Shown piece after piece: positions 28,576 to 39,459 of a stretch of DNA of 55,585 bases. Within the stretch, counting starts at the first letter, position 1, and each line of letters begins with the position of its first letter. The translations under genes were made by a program, and so were the position numbers. The notes beneath the pieces were generated by a model. It searched no databases, was not told the DNA's origin, and saw only the letters and a program-made list of their open reading frames with translations. The DNA is from Eubacteriales bacterium (lineage in GTDB: Bacteria; Bacillota; Clostridia; Oscillospirales; CAG-272), in NCBI GenBank assembly GCA_045631745.1, contig JAZQVI010000001.1, positions 1 to 55,585 of the forward strand, given 5' to 3'.

Positions 28576-29589
28576 ATGAGAGAAAAGCTTGAGCAAATCA
28601 AGGAGAGCGCGCTGGCGCAGATCAACGCCGACGATGCAAATCTTGAACAAATCAAAATCAAATATCTCGGAAAAAAAGGAGAACTGACGGCAGTTTTGCG
28701 CGGCATGGGAGCATTGTCTCCCGAGGAGCGTCCGTTGGTCGGTCAGCTCGCAAATGAAATTCGCGCGCAAATCGAGGAAGCGATCGCACAAAAAGCAAAG
28801 CTGGCACAAGCAGCAGCGCTTGAAAAGCAGTTAAAGGACGAGAAACTGGACGTGACGATGCCTGCGACTCCCATTGCAAGCGGTCATATCCATCCTCTGA
28901 CCCAGGTACAACGCCATCTTGAGGACATTTTTATCGGCATGGGATTCTCCATCGTAGAAGGTCCCGAGGTTGAGCTGGATTACTACAACTTCCAGGCGCT
29001 CAACATTCCGGAAAATCACCCTGCAAGAGACACACAGGACACCTTCTATATCAGCGACAACATTCTTCTCCGTTCGCAGACCTCTCCTGTACAGGTTCGA
29101 ACCATGGAGCACATGAAGCCCCCCATCCGCATCATCTCTCCCGGCCGTGTTTACCGTTCCGATGCACTTGATTCCACGCACTCTCCCCTCTTCCATCAAC
29201 TGGAGGGACTGGTTGTGGACAAGGGAATTACCATGGGTGATCTCAAGGGAACGCTGGAGATCTTTGCAAAGAAGATGTTTGGCGAATCCACTCGCATTCG
29301 TTTCCGCCCCCATCACTTCCCCTTCACCGAGCCTTCTGCCGAGGTAGACGTTTCCTGCTACGTTTGTGGTGGAAAGGGCTGCAGACTCTGCAAGGGCGAG
29401 GGCTGGATTGAAATTTTGGGAGCCGGCATGGTTCACCCCTTCGTTCTCTCCAACTGCGGAATCGATCCCGAGGAATATTCCGGATTTGCTTTCGGTCTTG
29501 GAATCGAAAGAATTGCTATGAAGGCATACAGTGTGGACGATATTCGTCTGTTCTATGAAAACGATCAGCGTTTTCTGGAGCAATTCTGA
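28576..29589 (+). CDS. pheS: Phenylalanine--tRNA ligase alpha subunit
   Basis: [44 protein letters not shown]. Confidence 0.98.
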   Translation: MREKLEQIKESALAQINADDANLEQIKIKYLGKKGELTAVLRGMGALSPEERPLVGQLANEIRAQIEEAIAQKAKLAQAAALEKQLKDEKLDVTMPATPIASGHIHPLTQVQRHLEDIFIGMGFSIVEGPEVELDYYNFQALNIPENHPARDTQDTFYISDNILLRSQTSPVQVRTMEHMKPPIRIISPGRVYRSDALDSTHSPLFHQLEGLVVDKGITMGDLKGTLEIFAKKMFGESTRIRFRPHHFPFTEPSAEVDVSCYVCGGKGCRLCKGEGWIEILGAGMVHPFVLSNCGIDPEEYSGFAFGLGIERIAMKAYSVDDIRLFYENDQRFLEQF

Positions 29590-29607
29590 TATGAGGGAGG
29601 TAGGAAA

Positions 29608-32010
29608 ATGAATCTTTCAAGAAATTGGCTCTCTGATTTTGTAAATACGAGCGATATTGATAATCAAACGTACTGTGATCGCATGACCGCTACCGGTTCC
29701 AAGGTAGAAGGATTTGAGGTTCTCGGAGAGGACATCGAAAACGTGGTTGTGGCAAAGGTCACACACATGGAAAAGCACCCCGATTCCGATCATATGTGGA
29801 TCTGCCGCGTGGATGCAGGAGAAAAACACGGACACGACATTCAGATCGTAACCGGTGCGCAAAACGTATTCGAGGGAGCGCTTGTTCCCGCAGCGCTTCC
29901 CGTTGCAAAGCTCCCTGACGGCATCGTGATCAAGGCAGGCAAGCTGCGCGGCGTTGAGTCGAACGGAATGCTCTGCTCCATTGGCGAATTAAAGCTGACT
30001 ACTCACGATATGCCTGGTGCTGCTGAGGATGGCATCCTCATTTTGGACGAAAGCTATAGCGACAAGCTTGGCATGGATATTCGCGAGGCGCTGATGCTTT
30101 CCGACTCCGTTGTGGAGTTTGAGATCACCTCCAACCGCCCCGACTGCCTCTCTGTCATCGGTTTGGCGCGTGAATCTGCTGTCTCTTTTGAAAAAGAATT
30201 GAACATTCCCACTCCTGTTGTCAAGGGCTGCAACGACGGCGACCGCGTGGAAAATCACCTCAGCGTTGAAATTTCCGCACCTGATCTCTGCTCCCGTTAT
30301 TGCGCGAGAGTGGTGAAGAACGTCAAAATCGCCCCCTCTCCTCTTTGGATGAGAATGCGTCTGCGCGCATCCGGCGTCCGTCCCATCAACAACATCGTTG
30401 ACATTACCAACTACGTGATGCTTGAATATGGTCAGCCCATGCACGCATTCGATTACAAGTGCCTGGACGGCTCTTCTATCAACGTTCGCAGAGCTGAGAA
30501 CGGCGAGACCTTCCGTTCCCTTGATGATATCGACCATGTTCTGGACAACACCATGCTGGTTATTGCTGATGAAAAGAAGGCTTGCGCTTTGGCAGGTGTT
30601 ATGGGCGGCGCAAACTCCGAAATCACCGAAGATACCGCTACCGTTGTCTTTGAATCGGCTTGCTTCAACGGTGCATCGGTTCGTGTGACCGCAAAGAAGA
30701 ACGGCATGAGAACCGAATCCTCCGCACGCTTTGAGAAGGGACTTGATCCCGAAAACTGCATGGCAGGACTTGAGCGCGCTTGTGAGCTGGTAGAGCTTTT
30801 GGGCGCCGGCGACGTAGTGGACGGCATTTTGGACGTATATCCTGCGCCTGTTGCGCCTACTGTTCTTCCCTTCACCCCCGACCGCTACAATGAATTCCTC
30901 GGCACAAAGATTCCCACCGATAACATGATTCAGACCTTGATCGGTCTTGGCTGCAAGCTGGAGAACAACACGATCACAGTTCCCTCCTACCGTGCAGATC
31001 TTGCCTGCATGAACGATATTGCAGAGGAAGTCGTTCGTATTTACGGATACAATAAGATCGAGGCATCTCGTATGAACGCCGAAACCACGCTGGGCGGAAG
31101 AAGCGAAAAACAGCAGTTCATCGTCGATCTGGATAACCTCCTGATCGGTGCGGGCCTCTCCGAGATCCACACATTCTCCTTCATCAGTCCCAAGTATTAC
31201 GACAAGGTTCGTATGCCGCAGGACTCTTCGCTCCGCCGCTCTGTCGTGATCTCTAACCCCTTGGGCGAGGACACGAGCGTGATGCGCACGGTCGCTCTCC
31301 CCTCCATGATGGAGATCGTCGCAAGAAACAAGAACTTCAACAACGATAACGTAAAGCTCTTTGAGCTTGCGACCGTATATCTGCCCAAGGAGAGCGTCAA
31401 CGAGCTTCCCGATGAGAAGCAGGTTCTGACCATTGGAATGTACGGAAACGTGGATTTCTACGCCCTCAAGGGTATTTGCGAGGCGATCATGAGCTTTGCA
31501 GGTATTAAAACCACGATTGCATCCTACAGCGAGCATCCTGCATATCATCCCGGAAGATGTGCAAAGATCTTCTCTGAGGATGGAACCGAGCTGGCGATTT
31601 TCGGCCAGGCAGATCCTCGCATGACTGCGAACTACGGACTGGATATCCCCGTTTACGTGGCTGAAATCTACTTTGACGAATTGTTTGCACGCGCAAACAC
31701 CGAAAAGGAATACCGTCCGCTCCCGAAATACCCTGCAACTACCCGTGACTTCTCCTTTGTTTGTGACGAGGAGATGGAGGTTGGCGCGATTGAGGCTGTT
31801 ATGGCAAAGGCAGGCGGCAAGCTGGTGGAAAAGGTTGCCCTCTTTGACATCTACCGCGGAGCGCAGGTTGGTGAAGGAAAGAAATCCGTTTCTCTCCGTG
31901 TCACCCTCCGTGCAGAGGATCGCACCCTGACGGTCGAGGAAGCCGATAAGGTCTCCAAGAAGATTCTCAATGATCTGAAGTTCAAGATGGGACTTGAACT
32001 CAGAAGTTGA
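29608..32010 (+). CDS. pheT: Phenylalanine--tRNA ligase beta subunit
   Basis: KLRGVESNGMLCS, ITSNRPDCLS, INNIVDITNY, RFEKG, C-terminal FDX-ACB domain. Confidence 0.98.
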   Translation: MNLSRNWLSDFVNTSDIDNQTYCDRMTATGSKVEGFEVLGEDIENVVVAKVTHMEKHPDSDHMWICRVDAGEKHGHDIQIVTGAQNVFEGALVPAALPVAKLPDGIVIKAGKLRGVESNGMLCSIGELKLTTHDMPGAAEDGILILDESYSDKLGMDIREALMLSDSVVEFEITSNRPDCLSVIGLARESAVSFEKELNIPTPVVKGCNDGDRVENHLSVEISAPDLCSRYCARVVKNVKIAPSPLWMRMRLRASGVRPINNIVDITNYVMLEYGQPMHAFDYKCLDGSSINVRRAENGETFRSLDDIDHVLDNTMLVIADEKKACALAGVMGGANSEITEDTATVVFESACFNGASVRVTAKKNGMRTESSARFEKGLDPENCMAGLERACELVELLGAGDVVDGILDVYPAPVAPTVLPFTPDRYNEFLGTKIPTDNMIQTLIGLGCKLENNTITVPSYRADLACMNDIAEEVVRIYGYNKIEASRMNAETTLGGRSEKQQFIVDLDNLLIGAGLSEIHTFSFISPKYYDKVRMPQDSSLRRSVVISNPLGEDTSVMRTVALPSMMEIVARNKNFNNDNVKLFELATVYLPKESVNELPDEKQVLTIGMYGNVDFYALKGICEAIMSFAGIKTTIASYSEHPAYHPGRCAKIFSEDGTELAIFGQADPRMTANYGLDIPVYVAEIYFDELFARANTEKEYRPLPKYPATTRDFSFVCDEEMEVGAIEAVMAKAGGKLVEKVALFDIYRGAQVGEGKKSVSLRVTLRAEDRTLTVEEADKVSKKILNDLKFKMGLELRS

Positions 32011-32020
32011 TCAAAACTTA

Positions 32021-32063
32021 CAATAGAAAAGGATGAAGCAAATTGCTTCAGCCTTTTCTATTG
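32021..32063. terminator. Bidirectional terminator pheT/fba
   Basis: CAATAGAAAAGGATGAAGCA / TGCTTCAGCCTTTTCTATTG near-perfect inverted repeat. Confidence 0.8.
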
Positions 32064-32072
32064 GATTTTAAA

Positions 32073-32936
32073 TTAAGCCTTGTTAATAGAACCGAAGAGC
32101 TCCATCTTCTCCTTAACGGTTGCCTTAATTGCCTCAAAGCCGGGAGCGAGAAGCTTTCTGGGGTCAAAGCCCTTGCCCTGGAGATCCTTGCCTGCCTCAA
32201 CGTATGCGCGAGTTGCAGCAGCGAATGCGAGCTGGCACTCGGTGTTTACGTTGATCTTGGAAACGCCAAGGGAAATTGCCTTCTTAATCATATCCTCAGG
32301 GATACCCGTTCCGCCGTGCAGAACCAGGGGCATATCTCCAACCTTCTCGGAAACTGCAGCGAGGGTCTCAAAGGACAGACCTGCCCAGTTTGCGGGATAC
32401 TTACCGTGGATGTTACCGATTCCTGCAGCCAGCATGGTAACGCCAAGATCTGCAATCATCTTGCACTCATAGGGATCAGCGCACTCGCCCATTCCAACGA
32501 CGCCGTCCTCTTCACCGCCGATAGAACCAACCTCTGCCTCAAGAGACAGACCCTTTTCCTCGCAAACCTTTACAAGCTCCTTGGTCTTCTCAACGTTCTC
32601 GGCGATCGGATAGTGAGAACCGTCGAACATGATGGAAGAAAAGCCTGCTTCGATGCACTTGTAGCATCCGTCATAGCTTCCGTGGTCGAGGTGAAGCGCT
32701 ACGGGAACGGTGATCTTGAGTTCGTCGATCATTCCCTTAACCATCTCGGTTACGGTCTTGAAGCCGCACATATACTTTCCTGCACCCTCAGAAACGCCGA
32801 GGATAACGGGAGAATTGTTCTCCTGTGCGGTGAGCAGAATGGCCTTAGTCCACTCCAGGTTGTTGCTGTTGAACTGACCGACTGCATAATGGCCGGCTTT
32901 TGCTTTTTGAAGCATCTCTTTTGCAGAAACGAGCAT
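32073..32936 (-). CDS. fba: Class II fructose-1,6-bisphosphate aldolase
   Basis: VALHLDHG, SIMFDGSH, EAEVGSIGGEED, GNIHG, LVLHGGTG, KINVNTE. Confidence 0.96.
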   Translation of the reverse strand: MLVSAKEMLQKAKAGHYAVGQFNSNNLEWTKAILLTAQENNSPVILGVSEGAGKYMCGFKTVTEMVKGMIDELKITVPVALHLDHGSYDGCYKCIEAGFSSIMFDGSHYPIAENVEKTKELVKVCEEKGLSLEAEVGSIGGEEDGVVGMGECADPYECKMIADLGVTMLAAGIGNIHGKYPANWAGLSFETLAAVSEKVGDMPLVLHGGTGIPEDMIKKAISLGVSKINVNTECQLAFAAATRAYVEAGKDLQGKGFDPRKLLAPGFEAIKATVKEKMELFGSINKA

Positions 32937-33050
32937 GATAAATCCTCCTGAATTTTTTACCTTTTTCAACACTTCATATTATATACTATTTAAAGAGAAA
33001 AATCAAGTTCTTTTTCGTTTTTTTATGATTTTTCGAAAAAAAGTGCCTTT

Positions 33051-34580
33051 TTACTGCGGAAAACGCGAGGTTTCCGCTGTCTTTTGCAGATGTTTGCGGT
33101 CGATTTTGCCGTTTGGCGTAAGCGGCATCCGATCAAGCGCACAGCATTCCGCAGGAATCATATATCTCGGCAAGTAGCCCTTGAGAAAAGAAATCAATTC
33201 CGTCGTTTCTGCCTGTCCGACAAAAAACAAAACAATTCGCTTTTTCTCGTGATCGTAAACACAGCACGAGCGGTCGATCCCCTCAAATCGGTCTGCTGCC
33301 GCTTCGATCTCACCAAGCTCGATCCGATGCCCCATATGCTTGATCTGTGCATCCTTCCGCGAGACAAAGACCAACTCTCCGTGGGCGTTATATCTTGCAA
33401 GATCTCCGGTTCGGTAGACGAGCTCGGGGTAATTTTTGTTCAAGGGGTTCTGAACAAAAGCCTCTGCCGTCTTCTCGGGATTTTTAAAATACCCCAGCGT
33501 CACGCAGGTGCCGCGAAGGTAGATCTCCCCTTCTTCGTCTCCTACCGCCTCCTCGCCGTTCTCTTTGATCAGCATGAGACCCGTGTTTGGGAAAGGAACT
33601 CCGATCGGGATAGGCTCATTCTCGGCAAGCTCGCGGTCTGCCCGCCACCAGCATGACATTCCCGTTGCCTCTGTGGGGCCGTAGAGATTGTAGAAGGTTG
33701 CCGTTGGGAGCGCATCACGCCACATACGGTACTGTGCGGTCGGAAACACCTCGCTGCCAAACGCAACGGTTTTAAGGTGCTTGGGCGGATTCTTTTCAAG
33801 CGTTCCGGTTGAAGAGATCATCGTAAGGGCGGATACCACCCAACAAACGGTATTGATCTGATGCGCATTGAGAAAATCGCAGAGCTTCATCGGGAACATA
33901 AAGAGCATTTTCGGAACAAAATACGCGGTGGCACCAAATTTAATGACCGGCATCAGTTCCTTGAGGGGAGCGTCAAAAAAGAGAGGTGTTTGATTAGCAA
34001 ACACGCTATCCTCGGAAAATTCCAGCGCATCCGACAAGGCCTCCACGTAATCGATCACCGATCGGTGGCAAGCTACAACCCCTTTAGGGATGCCTGTTGA
34101 ACCGGACGTGAAGACAATATAGATTGGGTCAACATCCAGCTGATGCTGACGAACAGCCTTGAGAGCCACTTCATCCGTCTCCTCTACAGCCAACGAGTCA
34201 TAGGAGAATATTTTCCCTTTAAAAGACAGCTCCTCTGCACGCTTTTGGTTCTTTTCGTCAATAATCATCGCTTTCGCGCCAACCTGCTCCAAAATCACCT
34301 CCATGCGGTGGATGGGCATCGAGGAATCAAGCGGCACGTAGAAACAGCCTGCATAAACCGTTCCAAAAAACGCCGCAGGAACACGGGGGTGCTTTTCCAT
34401 GAGAATGGCGATGGGCTCCTTGGAATAGCCCCTTCGCAGGAGCGCACTTCCGATCGACCTTGCACTTTTCCAAAGTGCCTCAAAGGTAATGGAGTCGGTT
34501 CCGTCCGAATATGCAATTTTATCAGGCACTCTCGGAGCAGTCTGCTCGAGATATTGCAAAATATTAGTCTGGATTGGCAT
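33051..34580 (-). CDS. Stand-alone amino-acid adenylation (A) domain protein, DltA-like
   Basis: YIVFTSGSTGIPKG, FFDA, NLYGPTE, YRTGDL, GHRIELGEIE, LPRYMIP, NGKIDR; no fused carrier domain. Confidence 0.88.
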   Translation of the reverse strand: MPIQTNILQYLEQTAPRVPDKIAYSDGTDSITFEALWKSARSIGSALLRRGYSKEPIAILMEKHPRVPAAFFGTVYAGCFYVPLDSSMPIHRMEVILEQVGAKAMIIDEKNQKRAEELSFKGKIFSYDSLAVEETDEVALKAVRQHQLDVDPIYIVFTSGSTGIPKGVVACHRSVIDYVEALSDALEFSEDSVFANQTPLFFDAPLKELMPVIKFGATAYFVPKMLFMFPMKLCDFLNAHQINTVCWVVSALTMISSTGTLEKNPPKHLKTVAFGSEVFPTAQYRMWRDALPTATFYNLYGPTEATGMSCWWRADRELAENEPIPIGVPFPNTGLMLIKENGEEAVGDEEGEIYLRGTCVTLGYFKNPEKTAEAFVQNPLNKNYPELVYRTGDLARYNAHGELVFVSRKDAQIKHMGHRIELGEIEAAADRFEGIDRSCCVYDHEKKRIVLFFVGQAETTELISFLKGYLPRYMIPAECCALDRMPLTPNGKIDRKHLQKTAETSRFPQ

Positions 34581-34592
34581 TTTGCTTCTCCT

Positions 34593-35657
34593 TTACGTTA
34601 GATCGGGGCGCTGGATCAGAATCTCGGTCGCAGAGGTCGGATACTTGGAAGTATCATAGTAATAGAAATACGGTCTTTGTTCGCTGAAAATCTGAACCTG
34701 AGCATCAGTCAACAACGCACTGCTATAACTAACGTCTCGGACTCTGGTTGCATCGTAGTGATACCAGCGCGGTGTCTCACCCTTATTTGCGATGTTAATC
34801 ATCGACCAGTAATGCGTGTCATCGGTAAATCCGGGCAGACGCTGCACATCCAAATTTTCAATTCCCAGTCTCTCAAAAAACGCTTTTGACAGGGCGAAAT
34901 AGCTAAAGCAATCGCCTTTTCGATTCTTTTGGCAGAGATATGCCTCCCGCACCCAGTCTGTCTTGTCCGAGGTGTCAACATAGCTGATCCCCGCCTCGGT
35001 GTGCACATACCAAAAGATCGCCTTTGCCTGTTCTGCCTTCGAAAGATATGCCCACCCCTTTTGCACGATAATGGGATCAATCTCGGCATAAAGCATCTCC
35101 AAGGTGATCTCCTCCTTGTACACATGGAGATAAACCTCTGTCATCGAAACGTTTCCTACGTGATCGGTTGCATAATAAGTGACGGGGTATACGCCCTCCT
35201 GCGTCAGATCCACAGCAGCATAATCCGCCCGAAGGGTGAGATTTCCTCCGCAATTATCCGAGACAGAGACACCTGTATAATATGCCACAGCAGTGTCTCC
35301 CACATATGCCATCAGATCTCGCGCTCCGGAAATCACAGGCTTCTCGCGGTCATCCACCAGCGTCAGACTGGCCTCCAGTTTGCGTTTTCTACCTTTTTGC
35401 GGGCGATAAATCAAGGAAATGCGATTTTCTCCGCTCCCAAGCTGCCCGTACGGGTTCTCATCGGCAAACTCCACCGTTGCTCCCTCAGCAAGCGTATCAA
35501 AGAAATCCGATGCCTGCGGCAGGGGCGATCCAATCGCCCATACGAGATGCTTCGGCTCCGGAATCTCACTTTGTCGATCTCCGCATCCAAAAAGCAGAAA
35601 AAGAGTTGAGAGGATAACCGCTATCAGCAAGATGTTTTTCAATGCTTTCGGTTTCAT
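34593..35657 (-). CDS. Lipoprotein with Ig-like domain and transglutaminase-like (Cys-His-Asp) domain
   Basis: Lipobox LFGC; KPVISG..VSVSDNC..GVYPVTY.ATD..GN Ig-like repeat; GDCFSY..HYWSMI..WYHYDAT triad; start ATG 35657 after AAGGAG. Confidence 0.78.
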   Translation of the reverse strand: MKPKALKNILLIAVILSTLFLLFGCGDRQSEIPEPKHLVWAIGSPLPQASDFFDTLAEGATVEFADENPYGQLGSGENRISLIYRPQKGRKRKLEASLTLVDDREKPVISGARDLMAYVGDTAVAYYTGVSVSDNCGGNLTLRADYAAVDLTQEGVYPVTYYATDHVGNVSMTEVYLHVYKEEITLEMLYAEIDPIIVQKGWAYLSKAEQAKAIFWYVHTEAGISYVDTSDKTDWVREAYLCQKNRKGDCFSYFALSKAFFERLGIENLDVQRLPGFTDDTHYWSMINIANKGETPRWYHYDATRVRDVSYSSALLTDAQVQIFSEQRPYFYYYDTSKYPTSATEILIQRPDLT

Positions 35658-35680
35658 ATCTCTCAACTCCTTTTCTTTTT

Positions 35681-36685
35681 TTACAGTAAGTGAACGCCGT
35701 TTTCGCGGCAGATTCGTTGCTCCTCTTCTGACCAGAAGGAGGATTGTACCTCTCCGATATGTGCTTTTCTCAAAAAGAACATACACATACGGGATTGTCC
35801 GATTCCTCCGCCAATGGTGTAAGGAAGCTCCCCATTCAATAGTGCGCGATGGAAAGGAAGCTCTGCCCGATCCTCGCATCTGCGAATCGCCAGCTGACGG
35901 CGCAGTGCATCCTCATCAACTCGGATTCCCATGGAGGAAAGCTCAAGCGCGATGTCGAGCACTGGATAATACACAATGATGTCTCCGTTCAAGGTCCAAT
36001 CATCATAGTCAGGGGCTCTGCCGTCATGCGGCTTTCCGCTCTTCAGCGCATCCCCGATCTGCATCAGAAAAATGGCTCCGTATTCCTTTGCCGCGCGGTA
36101 TTCACGCTCCTTCGGTGTCAGGTCTCCCCAACGATCCTCCAGCTCTTGAGATGTGATAAATGTGATCTCGTCCGGCAAAAGCTTGCCGATAAAAGAATAC
36201 TCGTTTACGATGTACTGCTCGGTATGACGAAGTGCATCATAGATACAAGAAACGGTTTTCTTGAGTGTTTCCTCGGTGCGTTGATCCTTTGTGATAATTT
36301 TCTCCCAGTCCCACTGGTCAACAAACATCGAATGGATATTGTCTGTCTCCTCATCACGGCGGATCGCATTCATATCGGTATACAGCCCCTCTCCGGGAGC
36401 AAAATCATATTGCTTGAGTGCGTACCGCTTCCATTTTGCCAGGGAGTGAACGATCTCCAAACGATCCCCCGACAACAGATCAAATCCGACAGGACGTTCC
36501 ACGCCGTTCAGATCATCGTTGAGTCCGCTATTCGGGTTGACAAACAACGGTGCGGAAACACGGATCAGATTCAGCTCGGTCGCAAGATCTCTCTCAAAGA
36601 AATCCTTGACCTTTTTGATTGCATACTCCGTCTGACGGAGTGTAAGAAAAGAACGATACCCCTCGGGAATCATAACATTAGACAT
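35681..36685 (-). CDS. asnA: Aspartate--ammonia ligase
   Basis: [48 protein letters not shown]. Confidence 0.96.
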   Translation of the reverse strand: MSNVMIPEGYRSFLTLRQTEYAIKKVKDFFERDLATELNLIRVSAPLFVNPNSGLNDDLNGVERPVGFDLLSGDRLEIVHSLAKWKRYALKQYDFAPGEGLYTDMNAIRRDEETDNIHSMFVDQWDWEKIITKDQRTEETLKKTVSCIYDALRHTEQYIVNEYSFIGKLLPDEITFITSQELEDRWGDLTPKEREYRAAKEYGAIFLMQIGDALKSGKPHDGRAPDYDDWTLNGDIIVYYPVLDIALELSSMGIRVDEDALRRQLAIRRCEDRAELPFHRALLNGELPYTIGGGIGQSRMCMFFLRKAHIGEVQSSFWSEEEQRICRENGVHLL

Positions 36686-36731
36686 GGATTTATTACCTTT
36701 CTTTTCAAGTGCGTTCTTGAAAATAAATAAT

Positions 36732-37187
36732 TTACTTTTTTCTTGCTCGTTTAAAAAACGAGCGGATCGGCGCAATACAGTCCTCGGCAAGCACACCGCC
36801 CAAAATTTCAGGAGAGGATTCCATCGGATAGTCGGAAAAATCAATCAAACTGCCGCAAGCTCCCGCTCTTGGATCGGGCGCACCGAACACGATCCGCTTC
36901 ACCCTTGCATGGATCATCGCGCCCATGCACATCGGACATGGCTCCAAGGTGATGTACACCGTACAGTCTGACAGCCTCCAAGTTCCCTTTTCTTTGCACG
37001 CTGCCTCGACCGCCAAAATCTCGGCATGGTGCGTGGGCAAGCCGTGCACCTCACAGAGGTTATGCGTGCGAGATAGAACCTCCCCGTTGCCATCGACAAC
37101 GACTGCGCCCACGGGGATCTCTCCCTCCTCGGCCGCGCACTCTGCCTCCGCGAGTGCAATTTTCATCCATTTTTCGTCATCACGCAT
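36732..37187 (-). CDS. tadA: tRNA adenosine(34) deaminase
   Basis: [20 protein letters not shown] motifs. Confidence 0.9.
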   Translation of the reverse strand: MRDDEKWMKIALAEAECAAEEGEIPVGAVVVDGNGEVLSRTHNLCEVHGLPTHHAEILAVEAACKEKGTWRLSDCTVYITLEPCPMCMGAMIHARVKRIVFGAPDPRAGACGSLIDFSDYPMESSPEILGGVLAEDCIAPIRSFFKRARKK

Positions 37188-38199
37188 ACTGAAATACCAC
37201 CGCCATCCATATGAGGGTTATCATCTGCGACGCAGACAAGAGAAAAAACAGAACCATGGGAAAAGAGAAAAACAGAGACACACATCTTCCCGAAGCCAAT
37301 TTGCAAGCAGCATAGGAATCGGTTGCCGGGAAGGATTTGTTGAAAATTCCCTGCTCAAATTGCTTTCTTGGGGGCGAAAGAAACCTTATCAAAAGCACCA
37401 CACAGCCTCCGCACACAAGGAATAGGAGCAAGGACGCCATGATCGTTCCGATTTCCGCATCACGGTGAAGCCTTTGCGGAAGAATACTCATCACGATCGA
37501 GGAAAAGTTATTCATCAAGTGCAAAAAAACGCAATTCCAAATGCTCCCCGTACGCTCATATACCACACCAAGGAGAGCGCCTGCTGCAAAGGCATATAGG
37601 ACCTGCTCGGCATTTTGATGCATGATGGCAAACAACAAAGAGCTGATGACAATGGCGTTGGTTCTGCCAAACGGAAGCAGATTAGTCAGAATTGCTCCGC
37701 GAAAGAGAAATTCCTCGCAAAACGCAGGAATGAGCGCCATCACGATAAACCTCAGGACAACGCCGTATCCGACGATCGTTTCTGTCCCCCAAATCACCTC
37801 CTCCGAAAAGGAAGCATACTGAAAAATACTCACTAATGCCGCATTCAGCGTGGATTGAACAAAAATCAAAAAGATTCCGCCAAGCACGATTGCGGGAAGA
37901 TACGCAGACAGTCGGAGATCAGTTTTGGTCTCATAATAAACGTCCCCTTGCCGACCAATCATTGCTTTGAGCACGAACACCGGAATCGTAAAGGCAAGAA
38001 AATAGAGCAAGCCGTAGAGCAACTGATTGATGATATCCACCCAAACATCGGATGAAATCATCACAGAAACAAGAGCTTCGGCACTCGGCAGAAGCATCCC
38101 GATTCCATTCAAAAGGATCCAAAGTGCGAGCATCGAGACACCGATGGAAGAGATCATTCTGCGATAATATTGCTCGTTGGAAGTGAAACCTCCAAGCAT
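37180..38199 (-). CDS. CPBP/CAAX-family intramembrane metalloprotease
   Basis: PAFCEEFLFRG, FAIMH, LHLMNN; many TM helices. Confidence 0.88.
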   Translation of the reverse strand: MLGGFTSNEQYYRRMISSIGVSMLALWILLNGIGMLLPSAEALVSVMISSDVWVDIINQLLYGLLYFLAFTIPVFVLKAMIGRQGDVYYETKTDLRLSAYLPAIVLGGIFLIFVQSTLNAALVSIFQYASFSEEVIWGTETIVGYGVVLRFIVMALIPAFCEEFLFRGAILTNLLPFGRTNAIVISSLLFAIMHQNAEQVLYAFAAGALLGVVYERTGSIWNCVFLHLMNNFSSIVMSILPQRLHRDAEIGTIMASLLLFLVCGGCVVLLIRFLSPPRKQFEQGIFNKSFPATDSYAACKLASGRCVSLFFSFPMVLFFLLSASQMITLIWMAVVFQYA

Positions 38200-38273
38200 C
38201 TGACATCCCCCTTTCCGGTGCACGTTGCATATGTTTCATTTTATCACAAAAAAGACTTTTTGTAAAGGACTTT

Positions 38274-38879
38274 TCACTTGTTTTTCGCTAAATTTCCTTC
38301 CTTTTTCCGAGCCTCCCATTCGGATGCCAAAATTGAGCACACACCATAGGTAATATAGACGCCCTTGACCAGCATCGCTTCTCTGTGATAGCCCTCAAAG
38401 GTCATGCCGACACGCTCCATGACACTGCGCGATCGCTCGTTTTCATACATGAATTTCGCTTCGATCCGATGTAGCTTCAGTTCCTCAAAACCAAACTGCA
38501 GCACTCTCTCCAGCGCCTCGCTGGCGATCCCACGGCCCCAGTAGTCAGGGTTGATGACGTAGCCAACCTCTGCGCTGTCCGAAACCGTATTGAAGGCGGT
38601 AAACCCACAGGTGCCAACCATTTTGCAGTCAGGCTCATACACAACCGCCCAGTCATAATACATTCCCGCGGAGTACCGTCCACCGAGATATTCAAGATAC
38701 TCTCTGGTATAGGCACTGTCGGGATGCGGATGCCAGGTGAGATATCTCGTGACGTCGTTTCTGCTGGCATACTCGTACATATCTCTGGAATCGGTCACTA
38801 AAAGCTTGCGCAGGGTTAAGCGCTCCGTGATCAGTTCCGGCAAGTGCGAGAACACACGATAAATCTTTTCTTTCTTCAT
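38274..38879 (-). CDS. RimJ/RimL-family GNAT acetyltransferase
   Basis: TERLTLR, AEVGY.INPDYWGRGIASE, LHRIEA, S.SVMERVGMTFEG. Confidence 0.88.
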   Translation of the reverse strand: MKKEKIYRVFSHLPELITERLTLRKLLVTDSRDMYEYASRNDVTRYLTWHPHPDSAYTREYLEYLGGRYSAGMYYDWAVVYEPDCKMVGTCGFTAFNTVSDSAEVGYVINPDYWGRGIASEALERVLQFGFEELKLHRIEAKFMYENERSRSVMERVGMTFEGYHREAMLVKGVYITYGVCSILASEWEARKKEGNLAKNK

Positions 38880-39048
38880 AAACCCGTTCCTTATTTGTGA
38901 TCTTGCTTCCTATATTATATACAAAAAAAGAGTAAAAAGCAAGTCTTTTGCGTGTTTTTGAAAAATTAAATGAAAGTTTTGAAACTCCTCTTTTCTTTTC
39001 CATAAAAGTATGCTATAATAAAGTCAATTCCTACAAAGGAGACAGGCT

Positions 39049-39459
39049 GTGGATTTTATTCAAGACGATTTGCTATCCGGTGAGCTGGTTCCCGTGCTTT
39101 TGGGCACCTCCCCCGAGACAGCGAGAACCGCCCGGCGGTATTTTAAAAAATACGGCACGATATCCCATGTTTTTGGGGATCGCCTTTCCCTGCAGGCACG
39201 CATCTCCCTTTGTATGAAATATCATTTCGTAAGACACCACGCAGGAGATCATCTGATGCTGACGGCACTCAAGGACTATGCCAAGCAGCTTGGAAATGCC
39301 GATCTGATCCTCTATCTGATTCCCTGCACCGAGGACTATGCCAACTTTATCTGGCGAAATCGTGAATCCTTGGAGCGATTCTTTGTGATTGCCGATTCAG
39401 ATGAGATGGAAGAGGTTTGGTATGGCTATGACGACGGGAAAGGAGGAACGCAAAAATGA
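39049..39459 (+). CDS. Hypothetical protein resembling the N-terminal domain of D-aspartate ligase (carboxylate-amine ligase)
   Basis: GTG start after AAGGAG; VPVLLG..ARRYFKKYG..S, LYLIPCTEDYA.FI..N.E.L..FF pattern; overlaps racemase start (ATGA). Confidence 0.6.
   Translation: MDFIQDDLLSGELVPVLLGTSPETARTARRYFKKYGTISHVFGDRLSLQARISLCMKYHFVRHHAGDHLMLTALKDYAKQLGNADLILYLIPCTEDYANFIWRNRESLERFFVIADSDEMEEVWYGYDDGKGGTQK

Noticed and set aside
29989-32951. 519-aa and 302-aa ORFs opposite pheT and fba
   Set aside because: Shadow ORFs of highly expressed, codon-biased genes
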